Positions 1 through 8,390 are shown, counted from the stretch's first letter. The stretch: 35,499 nucleotides of DNA from a virus (IMGVR_UViG_3300027956_000026:1-35499), one strand, 5' to 3'. Numbers and translations are program-made. Notes: generated by a model from the letters alone, not told the origin.

Positions 1-1
1 C

Positions 2-853
2 AATCGTGTTTTGCGTAAAGCAAACTTCTTCATTGATACCATCGCCTTTTGGGCCTGCGCTGTCGTTGCGCCCAATCATGCTACCTTGAATGGCATAGGC
101 TGGTTGCACCACCATCGCCTCAGCCTCTACTCTTTCGTTACCTGTGCGACTGAAAGGAGGGCCGTTTGTAACGCAGGGGGCAATTGCTTGCCCCGTTTCT
201 CTGCTCGGCGCAGTATCCCGGCGCACGCCGTCGAACTCAAAAAGAACCGCTGCGGGATCGAAGTCGTCTCTAGAACTTGCGACAACGAACACACGCTTGC
301 GTCGTTGGGCCACGCCGAAATATTGGGCGTCGAGAAGTCTCCACGCGACTGCTCTTTTGGGTCCAAGCACATAACCAGCGTTCGTCCATTTGCCCCCTGT
401 CGGTTCCAAGGGGTTATCTTCCCCCGCGAGCCCAGCAAGGAAGCAACCAAAGGCGTTGTCTTTGGTGGAGAGAACTCCGGGCACGTTTTCCCAGAAGACG
501 ATTGAGGCAGACTCTCCTCGAACAGATCGAACATGGTCAATTGCATTTGCAATTCCTACGAAAGTGAGTGAAAGATTGCCCCTTGCGTCATCAAGGGAGT
601 TGCGAAGACCAGCCACTGAGAAGGCTTGGCAAGGTGTGCCACCGCAAAACACATCTGGCGCTTCAATCTCACCAGACAGAATGCGCTCGGGCAACAAGGT
701 CATGTCGCCCAAATTGGGTGTATCAGGATAGTGATGGGCCAGCACCGCAGATGGGAACGGCTCAATCTCAGACAGCCATGCGGCCTTCCAGCCAAGCGGT
801 CCCCAAGCAACCGACGCGGCTTCAATGCCAGAACAAACAGAACCGAATCTCAT
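2..853 (-). CDS. DNA (cytosine-5) methyltransferase, 3' end truncated by the window
   Basis: Absent from the ORF track because it has no stop in the window. Manual translation from ATG 853 gives MRFGSVCSGIEAASVAW (motif I), GGTPCQAFS (IV), WENVPG (VI) and AQYFGVAQRRKRVFVV (VIII). ATGA overlap with the upstream gene. Confidence 0.93.
   Translation of the reverse strand, partial: MRFGSVCSGIEAASVAWGPLGWKAAWLSEIEPFPSAVLAHHYPDTPNLGDMTLLPERILSGEIEAPDVFCGGTPCQAFSVAGLRNSLDDARGNLSLTFVGIANAIDHVRSVRGESASIVFWENVPGVLSTKDNAFGCFLAGLAGEDNPLEPTGGKWTNAGYVLGPKRAVAWRLLDAQYFGVAQRRKRVFVVASSRDDFDPAAVLFEFDGVRRDTAPSRETGQAIAPCVTNGPPFSRTGNERVEAEAMVVQPAYAIQGSMIGRNDSAGPKGDGINEEVCFTQNTI
127..546 (-). CDS. Alternative-frame polypeptide nested in the MTase gene, resembling the M.EcoHK31I beta subunit
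   Basis: 139-codon same-strand ORF wholly inside the MTase; AGGA lies 7 nt before ATG 546; contains CSLSQVLE...FFLS...ILRRAEKRGKQLPPAL. Confidence 0.65.
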   Translation of the reverse strand: MQLTMFDLFEESLPQSSSGKTCPEFSPPKTTPLVASLLGSRGKITPWNRQGANGRTLVMCLDPKEQSRGDFSTPNISAWPNDASVCSLSQVLETTSIPQRFFLSSTACAGILRRAEKRGKQLPPALQTALLSVAQVTKE

Positions 854-1113
854 TTCTTGCCTTCCAACTCGATCAGCAGCTCAAGGTAATGGATTGCCTT
901 CTTCAGATCAGCAACGCCGTTCTTGTCACGCCAGCGGGTGACGTACTTGACGACGTTGCCCTCGCAAAAGCCGAGGTTGTTGGCGTGGATGTAGATGATG
1001 GGTTGGATGCCCTTGTCGCGGTAGTGCGACCCGCCGACCTGTTTGGTCAGGGCGCTGTCGGCCAGCGTTTGGAACGCTTCCTCTTCTTCAAGCGTTATTG
1101 GTAAGCCAGTCAT
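850..1113 (-). CDS. DUF3310 (T7 gp1.7/SaV-like) protein
   Basis: QVGGSHY...IQPI...GFCEGNVVKYVTRWRDKNGVADLKKAIHYL signature. Confidence 0.85.
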   Translation of the reverse strand: MTGLPITLEEEEAFQTLADSALTKQVGGSHYRDKGIQPIIYIHANNLGFCEGNVVKYVTRWRDKNGVADLKKAIHYLELLIELEGKK

Positions 1114-1363
1114 TGATCTGCTCCTTGTTCCATAAACAAACGTACTTTTGATTCATCTTGGTCATGTCACTGGCGAAGACCTTCTGCAACTCCGACAGCC
1201 TGCCACCAATCGTTTTAACCTCTACGAACCACGTCTGGCCGTTGGGCAGGCACACGATCCGGTCGGCCACTCCGCGATGCGCAGGGCTGGTGAATTTGTA
1301 TGCCCGACCACCCAGCTCTTTGACGCGCTTGACGAGGTGGGCTTCGACTTGTTTCTCAAGCAT
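1088..1363 (-). CDS. VRR-NUC domain nuclease (probable Holliday junction resolvase)
   Basis: MLEKQVEAHLVKRVKELGGRAYKFTSP..RGVADR...FVEVK..GGRLSELQ; start moved to ATG 1363. Confidence 0.88.
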   Translation of the reverse strand: MLEKQVEAHLVKRVKELGGRAYKFTSPAHRGVADRIVCLPNGQTWFVEVKTIGGRLSELQKVFASDMTKMNQKYVCLWNKEQINDWLTNNA

Positions 1364-1637
1364 CGCCTTCCGCCCTCGCAATGGCGGCGAGGGCTGCTAG
1401 CCGCGCTGTTGAGCCGCCAAGGCCAAAATCCCAAAGCGCTTGTGTAAGCCACCGTAACGTGGCTAACATTTCTGGTGCGGCGGCGATCAATCGGGCGTCT
1501 GCTTCATTGTCAACGCGCGCCACTTCTTTGTAGTCTGGTGTTCGCACTTCGTAGAACTCAATAAAGTACTCGTCGTCGTCGCCTACGTCATTGGAGTACT
1601 CGTATGTCCAAGGCCCAGGTGTGTGTTGTGTGTTCAT
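1356..1637 (-). CDS. Small phage protein with HTPGPW...ARLIAAAPE motif
   Basis: Last 93 codons of the 1356..2444 ORF; this motif pair recurs in small phage proteins; ATG sits 7 nt after a TATTAT -10 box. Confidence 0.75.
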   Translation of the reverse strand: MNTQHTPGPWTYEYSNDVGDDDEYFIEFYEVRTPDYKEVARVDNEADARLIAAAPEMLATLRWLTQALWDFGLGGSTARLAALAAIARAEGDA

Positions 1638-1724
1638 AACCGCGATAATACATGAAAAAAAGATTTGCACAACAAATATTTTGTGTGCTATGATTAACGC
1701 CTCATCAACTAAACTGGAGTTCAC
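1638..1724. promoter_or_regulatory. Divergent sigma70-type promoters with an overlapping imperfect palindrome
   Basis: AT-rich gap between divergent operons. Rightward TTGCAC(1665-70), 18 nt, TATGAT(1689-94) with an extended TG. Leftward TTGTGC, 16 nt, TATTAT(1650-45). Palindrome GCAC-A-ACAAA-TAT-TTTGT-GTGC (1667-1688). Confidence 0.6.
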
Positions 1725-2015
1725 ATGAAAGTCAAAGTCACCGCCCACATCCATTACGAGCAATACTCTTGGGAAAACCAAGGCTCTTACAGCATCTTTT
1801 CGTTCAAGGCGGGCGACACCGAGCACCGCACCTACGTCGGAGAACAAGAGATCGAGATCGAAGTCCCTGACGACTACGATCCACGCGCACAGAAGATCGC
1901 AGCTCTTGAAAAGCACAAGCAAAAAGTCATGGCCGACTATCACAAGACCGTGACCGAGATCAATGACCGCATCAGCACACTGCAAGCCTTGGAGTACACA
2001 GATGCAGCACAGTAA
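1725..2015 (+). CDS. Hypothetical protein with C-terminal coiled coil
   Basis: GGAG RBS before ATG; first gene of the replication operon. Confidence 0.75.
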   Translation: MKVKVTAHIHYEQYSWENQGSYSIFSFKAGDTEHRTYVGEQEIEIEVPDDYDPRAQKIAALEKHKQKVMADYHKTVTEINDRISTLQALEYTDAAQ

Positions 2016-3129
2016 TATCGTCGGCGGCTCGACCGCCAAGCGCGTCATCAACTGCCCTGGCAGTGTGGCGCTGGTGCAGAAGATGCCACCCAAGCCCAGC
2101 AGCAAGTACGCCGACGAAGGTACGCTGCTGCACGACACCATTGCCGAGCACTTGGCGACACTCAAGCCGCTGGAGACATTCATCGGCAAGAAGCACCAAG
2201 ACCAAGTGCTCACGCAAGAGCTGATCGACGACAAGCTGGTGCCTGCACTGGCTGCGCTTGATGAGATCGACCCCAAGCAGGAAATGATGTACGAGGTCGA
2301 GACACGGGTTGGCTTTGGCGATCTGCTGCCCGGTGTGTTCGGCTCGACCGACTTCGTGGGTCGCTTAGGTGACAAGGCCGTGGTGCTGGACTGGAAGTTC
2401 GGCGACGGTGTGGCCGTGACAGCCGAAGAGAACGAACAGCTCATGTTCTACGCTGCTGCTGCGATGCGCACCACCGCCTTGCAGTGGGCCTTCGAGGGTG
2501 CGACCGAGATCGAGTGTGTGATCGTGCAGCCGCCTATGATCCGCCGCTGGACAACAACGCCCGAGCGCATCGCGCAGTTTGAGCACCAGCTCGTCAAAGC
2601 CGTCAAACAAGCTCAGTCGGCTGACGCTATTTTGAAAGCTGGTGAGCACTGCCGCTGGTGTGCAGCCAAGCCCGTGTGCCCTCAGATGACCGGCGCTGTG
2701 GACCGTGCGCTGCAAGTGCAGTTGAAAGAGATCGACGCTGCCATGCTGGGCCAGTACCTGAAAAACGCTGACGTGTTAGAGGGCTGGATCACGGACCTGC
2801 GGGCGCTGGCGTTTCAGTTGCTTGAAAAGAACATCCCCGTGCCCGGATATAAGATTGTCCAGAAGCAAGCGCGTCGTCAGTGGACCGACGAGACCAAAGC
2901 AATCGCTGCGCTGCACGACATGGGCCTGCCCCGTGACGAGCTGTTCAGCCCAGAGGAAATTCGCAGCCCTGCTCAGATTGAGAAGGTGCTGAAAAAGCGC
3001 AAGTTGGCACTGCCTGACGATCTCGTCAAGTCGGTGTCATCAGGCACAACACTGGCAAGCGAGGATGACTCCCGCCCAGCAGTGTTGCAACTCGGCGACC
3101 TTCGGGCCGCTATTTCTAAACTCCAGTGA
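2002..3129 (+). CDS. Cas4-like PD-(D/E)XK exonuclease (DUF2800 family)
   Basis: HS..GGSTAKRVINCPGS, EGTLLH, FGSTD...LDWKFGDG and HCRWCAAKPVCP cysteine cluster; GGAG RBS before ATG 2002. Confidence 0.85.
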   Translation: MQHSNIVGGSTAKRVINCPGSVALVQKMPPKPSSKYADEGTLLHDTIAEHLATLKPLETFIGKKHQDQVLTQELIDDKLVPALAALDEIDPKQEMMYEVETRVGFGDLLPGVFGSTDFVGRLGDKAVVLDWKFGDGVAVTAEENEQLMFYAAAAMRTTALQWAFEGATEIECVIVQPPMIRRWTTTPERIAQFEHQLVKAVKQAQSADAILKAGEHCRWCAAKPVCPQMTGAVDRALQVQLKEIDAAMLGQYLKNADVLEGWITDLRALAFQLLEKNIPVPGYKIVQKQARRQWTDETKAIAALHDMGLPRDELFSPEEIRSPAQIEKVLKKRKLALPDDLVKSVSSGTTLASEDDSRPAVLQLGDLRAAISKLQ

Positions 3130-3138
3130 AAGTAGACT

Positions 3139-3752
3139 ATGCAACTCGCAACATTCTCCAAAGCAAACCTCCCAGCCCTGACCAGCGCCTGCGTAACCTC
3201 CAACCCGTTGGTGGCGACGTTGGCGTGGACATCATTAAGATGGACAAAGGTGGTCATTGGGTCTTCGGTGCAGAGCAGACCGAGATCGAAGAAGGCTCCA
3301 CTTGGGCCGTCAATCCTTTGTCGTTCGTCCACGGCTTCATCGCCTGGGGTGACGGTGATGTGCTTGGCGAAAAGATGGTGAGCATTGCCAACCCGCTGCC
3401 CGACCTCGGCGAAGCGCCTCCCGGTGCCAAGAAGGGCTGGGAGAGCCAAGTCGGTATGTCGCTCAAGTGCGTCTCTGGCGAAGACAAGGGCCTGGAAGCC
3501 CGCTACACCGTGACGTCAGTCGGCGGTAAGCGTGCGGTGCAGACCTTGGCTGTGGCCTTGGCTGATCAGGTGGACAAAGACCAGACCAAACCAGTGGCCA
3601 TCGTGCGTCTGAAGAAGGACTCCTATCAGCACAAGTCGTACGGCAAAATCTACACCCCGGTCCTTGAGATCGTCGAGTGGATGAGCATGGACGGCGAAGC
3701 GCCAGAAGTGGCCGCTGAAGAAGCACCAGCTCGCCGCCGCCGCGCAGCGTAA
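3139..3752 (+). CDS. Probable ssDNA-binding protein, with an apparent 1-nt frameshift near 3189
   Basis: Lies between nuclease and polymerase; KMDKGGHWVFGA...SYQHKSYGKIYTP core with a charged tail. The plausible N-terminus MQLATFSKANLPALTSA is in a different frame from the body. Confidence 0.65.
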
Positions 3753-3760
3753 AGAGTAGA

Positions 3761-3844
3761 GGCCGAAAGCGGATGCTGTCAGCGTGGCGTATTGCAATGT
3801 ACGGACGCCGTGCCACCGACAGACGCAGCGAGTAGGCCCTTTTT
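3761..3844 (+). ncRNA. Putative structured RNA element with loop E motif
   Basis: Nested pairings GGCC/GGCC, GC/GC, TGC/GCA, CTGTC/GACAG, GTGGC/GCCAC; GAA opposite AGTA; followed by T5. Confidence 0.55.
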
Positions 3845-3877
3845 CTGATGCCCTGTGACAGAGGGCATTGGAAAAGG
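3839..3877 (+). promoter_or_regulatory. 16-bp hairpin covering the polymerase RBS
   Basis: CTTTTTCTGATGCCCT pairs with AGGGCATTGGAAAAGG (3 G-U pairs); the 3' arm includes the AAGG upstream of ATG 3886. Confidence 0.5.
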
Positions 3878-3885
3878 AAACGACT

Positions 3886-5832
3886 ATGACTGTTTTGTGG
3901 CTTGACTACGAATCGCAAAGTGAATGCGACCTCCCCTCAAGAGGGGCCAGCAACTACGCGCAGCACCCCAGCACAAAAATGCTGTGCGCTGCGTATGCGT
4001 TTGACGACGAAGACGTGCAGCTCTGGTGGGCGCACGAGCCGCCACCGGCGCGGCTAGCCGAGTATTTCAAATCGGGCGGGTTGATCTACTGCCACAACGC
4101 TAGTTTTGACCGACTGATTACTTGGTACGTTGTATGCCCTGATTACGGTTTAGCAGAGCCAGCCTTGGAGCGCTGGTATTGCACCGCAGCACAGGCTCGC
4201 GCCAACTGTGCGCCTGGCAGCCTCGAAGACGTGGGGCGTTTTGCTGGCGCTGATATGCGCAAGGATCATCGCGGTAAACAACTTATCCGCATGTGTTGCA
4301 TACCGCCGTTCAGCAAAGACCCAAAAGTTTTAGCCGAGCTTGGCGAATACGCAATGCAGGACGTGCGCGTGATGCGTGTCGTCAGCAAGGCGCTGCGGCC
4401 CCTCAGCGCGTCAGAGTTAGAGGACTACCACGTCAACGAGCAGATCAACGACCGTGGCGTGCTGGTGGACGTGCCGCTGTGCCAAGCCGCGATCAAGTAC
4501 GCCGCCGATGAGACCGTTGAGATTCAGCAGATCGTGTCCGAGGTGACCGATGGCGAGATCACCAGCGTGCGCTCGCCTAAGATGCGCGAGTGGGTGCTGG
4601 CGCGTGTCGGGCCCGAGGCCAAGAAGCTGATGTGGAACGGCGAGAAGTATTCGATTGACAAGACCGTGCGGGCCAACTTGCTCGCAATGGAGGACCCCGA
4701 TGAGATTCCGCCCCATGTTGCAGACGTTATCCAATGCGCAGACGACCTCTGGGCGTCTTCGGTTGCGAAGTTTGCGCGTCTCTCGAACCTCGCCGATGAA
4801 GAAGATCACCGAGTCCGAGGCGCTTTCGTTTTTGCTGGAGGGGCTGCCACTGGACGAGCGTCGAGCTATGGCGCTCAGGTTCACAACTTTACCCGCAAAT
4901 GCGCCAAAGAGCCTGATGAAGTACGCCACGCTATGGTGCGTGGCCACGCAATCACACCAAGATTTGGTCGCCGCATTACAGATGTGCTCAAGGGGATGCT
5001 CCGCCCCGCGCTGATTGCCAAGCCTGGCCACGTCCTGATCGCCTACGACTGGTCAGCCATCGAGGGTCGCGTGCATCCGTGGCTGTCCAACTGCTCGGCA
5101 GGTGAGGGTAAGCTGGACGTGTTCCGCTCGGGCCTTGACCCGTACAAAGTCAACGCAGCCGCGACGTTTGGCGTCGCCTACGCCGATGTCACCTCGGACC
5201 AGCGTCAGGTCGGAAAAGTTCAGGAGCTGGCCCTCGGTTTCTTGGGCGGCGCGGGCGCGTTCGAGGTGTTCGGTCGGGCCTACGGCATCCGGCTGTCGGT
5301 GTCTGAAGTGAACAAGGCCGTGGAGGGCTGGCGCCGGGCGAATCCTTGGGCGCAGGCCCACGGTCAGCAGCTCGAAGCCGCCTACCTTCGGGCGATGCGA
5401 AACAAAGGTTTTGAGTTTGCCGCAGGTCGCACTGTGTACTTGTTCGACGGGCAAACGCTCTGGTACAGTCTGCCCTCGGGCCGGGTTCTGTGCTACCCCA
5501 ACGCCAAATTTGACGCCGAAGGCAACGTGACATACACCAAAGCTGCTTGGAAACCCGCTGCTGACGCCAAGGAGTGGCCCCGCGCCCGTCTGTGGCGTGG
5601 CCTGGCTTGCGAAAACGTCACCCAAGCGACAGCTCACGACATTTTGCGTCACTCTATGCGTCAGATCGACGGAATAGTTTTACACGTCCACGACGAACTT
5701 GTCGTCGAGTGCCCGGCTCACGAGGCCGAGGCAGTCGCCGCCCACATGCACCAGATCATGTGCAGCCCGCCAGCTTGGGCCGAGGGCTTGCCCTTAGCCG
5801 CCGAGGGCGTCACCACCACCCGGTATTCGTAA
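3886..5832 (+). CDS. Family A DNA polymerase with 3'-5' exonuclease domain
   Basis: Exo motifs LDYES, HNASFD, YAMQDV; TGRAS; motif A DWSAIEGR; motif B RQVGKVQELALGF; motif C HVHDEL. Confidence 0.95.
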   Translation: MTVLWLDYESQSECDLPSRGASNYAQHPSTKMLCAAYAFDDEDVQLWWAHEPPPARLAEYFKSGGLIYCHNASFDRLITWYVVCPDYGLAEPALERWYCTAAQARANCAPGSLEDVGRFAGADMRKDHRGKQLIRMCCIPPFSKDPKVLAELGEYAMQDVRVMRVVSKALRPLSASELEDYHVNEQINDRGVLVDVPLCQAAIKYAADETVEIQQIVSEVTDGEITSVRSPKMREWVLARVGPEAKKLMWNGEKYSIDKTVRANLLAMEDPDEIPPHVADVIQCADDLWASSVAKFARLSNLADEEDHRVRGAFVFAGGAATGRASSYGAQVHNFTRKCAKEPDEVRHAMVRGHAITPRFGRRITDVLKGMLRPALIAKPGHVLIAYDWSAIEGRVHPWLSNCSAGEGKLDVFRSGLDPYKVNAAATFGVAYADVTSDQRQVGKVQELALGFLGGAGAFEVFGRAYGIRLSVSEVNKAVEGWRRANPWAQAHGQQLEAAYLRAMRNKGFEFAAGRTVYLFDGQTLWYSLPSGRVLCYPNAKFDAEGNVTYTKAAWKPAADAKEWPRARLWRGLACENVTQATAHDILRHSMRQIDGIVLHVHDELVVECPAHEAEAVAAHMHQIMCSPPAWAEGLPLAAEGVTTTRYS

Positions 5833-5860
5833 AAAGAAAACGCCCGGTGGGAGCCGGGCG
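5831..5860 (-). terminator. Hairpin, terminator-like on the minus strand
   Basis: CGCCCGG/CCGGGCG stem (5841-5860) preceded by an A-rich tract. Confidence 0.45.
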
Positions 5861-5875
5861 CTAAAAGGAGAAATC

Positions 5876-8134
5876 ATGCTCTTGAATTATATATGCTCAC
5901 TGGCCGCAGAGGGAGAGACCGCGCTCATCGTGCGGCAAAAACCCGTTGGCAACACTTTGCAGTTCCACGCCGATGGTGCGATCAAGGCCACCTGGCCAGC
6001 GATGCTGCCCACGGCCAAGATCAAACCCGGCTGGGCCGTCTACGGCAACACCGCGTCGTTTATCGTTGACCGCTTCAAGGATGGCCACGTCAGCGCCAGC
6101 GCCGCCAATTGCGAATACGTCTTAGTGATGGTGCTGGACGACGTGGGGACCGACAAGGTGCCAAACACCTGCCCGCTGCCCCCGACTTGGGTCATGGAGA
6201 CGTCGCCCGGTTCGTTCCAGTGGGGCTACGCCTTCAGCGAACAGCCGCGCAAGGGTGAGTTCGCCGCCGCCATCAAGGCCATTGCCGCTGCTGGCTTCAC
6301 CGACAAGGGCGCGATCAACGCCGTGCGCAACTTCCGCCTGCCCGGCTCAATCAACCTCAAGCCCGGCAACGACAACTTCGCCGCCCGGCTGGTCGAGTTC
6401 AACCCAGGCCGTGAGTACACCCTCGAAGAACTGTGCGCGGCCATGAACGTCACCCCCGGCCCGGTCGAGTCGGTCTACGCCCCGGTACGAGTGCAAGACG
6501 ATGGCGGCGACGATGTGATGGCGTGGCTGTCGGACAATGGGCTGGTGCTGTCTAACCCGAACCAAGAGGGCTGGCTGGGCGTGCATTGCCCGAACGCTGC
6601 CGAGCACACAGACGGCAACCCCGAGGGCCGCTACATGCCCGCGAACCGGGCGTACTGCTGCCTGCACTCGCACTGCCTTGAGCTGGATTCGTCGGTGTTC
6701 CTCAAGTGGGTGGCCGACAGCGGTGGCCCGGTCCACTCGCCCGGCCTGCGTGATGAGCTACTGGTCAGCGCGATGGAGTCAGCCCTCAGTAAGCTGCAAC
6801 CCACGCCGGAGTTCCCCAACGTGGCCGCTACAGTGGTGGCCGAAACTCAGCGCAAGGAAATGGCACGGGTCGAGAAGGCCGACTGGTGGGACCGCTTCGC
6901 CTACCTGCAAGACGACGACGCCTACTTTGACCTGCAAGACCGCCGCGAGATCAGCCGGTCCACTTTCAATGCCATGTTCCGGCACATCGGCTGCAAGTCC
7001 GTCCACAATGGCCGCAAGGTCGAGGCGAGTTACTCGTTCGATGAGCAGCGCCAGGACAAGGGCGCTCAGTCGCTGGTCAGCGTGACCTACGCCGCTGGCG
7101 CGGGGACTATCGTCAACCGTGACGGCTTAACCTACGGCAACCGTTGGGTGAACAGCCGCCCGCAACCGGCGCCAGGCGACGTTACCCCGTGGCTGCGCCA
7201 TGTTGAGCGCTTAGTCCCTGAGAAGTTCGAGCGTGAGCACCTGCTTAACGCGCTGGCGCATAAGGTTCAGTTCCCCGGCCATAAGATCAATCACGCGATC
7301 TTGATGGGCGGCACGCACGGGTCAGGCAAGGACACCATGTTCGCGCCGTTCTTTTGGGCCATTGGTGGCGACGCCAAGCGTAACTGTTCGCTGGTCAAGA
7401 ATGAAGACCTCACCTCGCAGTGGGGATACGCCCTTGAATGCGAAGTGATGGAAATCTCTGAGCTGCGCCAGGCTGACGCTAAGGACAGACGCGCGCTTGA
7501 AAACACCCTCAAGCCCATCATTGCCGCCCCGCCTGAACTGCTGACGATCAACCGCAAGGGCCTACACCCTTATTACGCCCTGAACCGGGTGTTCGTGGTG
7601 GCCTTTTCAAACGAGCGTGTCGCGATCTCGCTGCCCTCAGAGGACCGCCGTTGGTTTGTGCTGTGGTCTGAGGCCCCTCGCCTAACTGAGCGTGAGGCAC
7701 TGGCGCTGTGGAATTGGTACAAGAACCAAAACGGGTTCCAAGCAGTCGCCCATTACCTGCACGCCCGTGACGTGTCAGCGTGGAACCCGAGCGCCCCCCC
7801 GCCCGTAACTGAAGCCAAGCAAATCATGATAGAGCACGGCATGAGCACGGCTGAGGCCTTCATTGTGGATATGCTGCGCCGCAAGTCCGGGGAGTTCGCC
7901 CGAGGCGTGATCGGATCGCCCTTCCATGCGCTGTGTGATCGCTTGCAGGGTCTCGCGCCCCAGGGCGTAAAGGTCGTTCAAGGCGCGCTACTTCACGCCA
8001 TCAAAGAGGCCGGATGGGTTGACTGTGGCCGCCTGATGTCGCGGGACCTAACCACCAAGAAACACGTCTTTTGCGCGCCTGATATGGTGGGCACTGCAAA
8101 ATCCGAGCTTAGGCGTATGGTCGAGACACCATAA
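5876..8134 (+). CDS. Primase-helicase (RepB-like primase domain plus DUF5906-like P-loop NTPase)
   Basis: VLDDVG, METSPGSFQWGY, RNFRLPGS primase motifs; CP...H...CLHSHC zinc-like motif; Walker A GGTHGSGKDT; FSNE...DRRWFV; AGGAG RBS. Confidence 0.9.
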   Translation: MLLNYICSLAAEGETALIVRQKPVGNTLQFHADGAIKATWPAMLPTAKIKPGWAVYGNTASFIVDRFKDGHVSASAANCEYVLVMVLDDVGTDKVPNTCPLPPTWVMETSPGSFQWGYAFSEQPRKGEFAAAIKAIAAAGFTDKGAINAVRNFRLPGSINLKPGNDNFAARLVEFNPGREYTLEELCAAMNVTPGPVESVYAPVRVQDDGGDDVMAWLSDNGLVLSNPNQEGWLGVHCPNAAEHTDGNPEGRYMPANRAYCCLHSHCLELDSSVFLKWVADSGGPVHSPGLRDELLVSAMESALSKLQPTPEFPNVAATVVAETQRKEMARVEKADWWDRFAYLQDDDAYFDLQDRREISRSTFNAMFRHIGCKSVHNGRKVEASYSFDEQRQDKGAQSLVSVTYAAGAGTIVNRDGLTYGNRWVNSRPQPAPGDVTPWLRHVERLVPEKFEREHLLNALAHKVQFPGHKINHAILMGGTHGSGKDTMFAPFFWAIGGDAKRNCSLVKNEDLTSQWGYALECEVMEISELRQADAKDRRALENTLKPIIAAPPELLTINRKGLHPYYALNRVFVVAFSNERVAISLPSEDRRWFVLWSEAPRLTEREALALWNWYKNQNGFQAVAHYLHARDVSAWNPSAPPPVTEAKQIMIEHGMSTAEAFIVDMLRRKSGEFARGVIGSPFHALCDRLQGLAPQGVKVVQGALLHAIKEAGWVDCGRLMSRDLTTKKHVFCAPDMVGTAKSELRRMVETP

Positions 8135-8160
8135 AAAAAGGGCCCCTAGTGGGCCCTTTT
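8133..8160. terminator. Bidirectional intrinsic terminator
   Basis: AAAAGGGCCC-CTAGT-GGGCCCTTTT between convergent operons. Confidence 0.85.
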
Positions 8161-8202
8161 GGTTAGTATGCGCAAGATTAGCGCCAGACAGGCGTAGATC
8201 AT
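8146..8202 (-). CDS. Possible 18-aa hydrophobic peptide (MIYACLALILRILTKRAH)
   Basis: ATGA-coupled to the upstream gene; runs into the terminator. Confidence 0.35.
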   Translation of the reverse strand: MIYACLALILRILTKRAH

Positions 8203-8390
8203 AGCCTTAACCCTTCGCGGGCAGCGCCTGCCGCCTGCTTGGCCGTCATGGTCCCTTCAGCGATGGCTTCGAGCGTGGCTGTCGTTTCGCCCAAATAGCG
8301 TTGCAGCGTGGCAATTCTGGCCAATAACGCGGCCGTGGTGCTGTCGCCTGAAACGTACGCCAGGCGCTCTTGCTCTTCAATTGTGATCAT
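8199..8390 (-). CDS. Hypothetical protein
   Basis: GGAG RBS and ATGA coupling at both ends. Confidence 0.7.
   Translation of the reverse strand: MITIEEQERLAYVSGDSTTAALLARIATLQRYLGETTATLEAIAEGTMTAKQAAGAAREGLRL

Noticed and set aside
11-1104. Plus-strand ORFs 11..505, 390..731 and 568..1104
   Set aside because: Antisense shadows of the MTase and DUF3310 genes, with no motifs or RBS.
1638-2444. Long N-terminal extension of the 362-aa minus-strand ORF
   Set aside because: Antisense to two well-supported plus-strand genes and crosses the promoter gap; only the last 93 codons look real.
3761-3844. tRNA or known self-cleaving ribozyme
   Set aside because: No T-loop GTTC, no cloverleaf with a CCA end, and no hammerhead CTGATGA core in the right arrangement.
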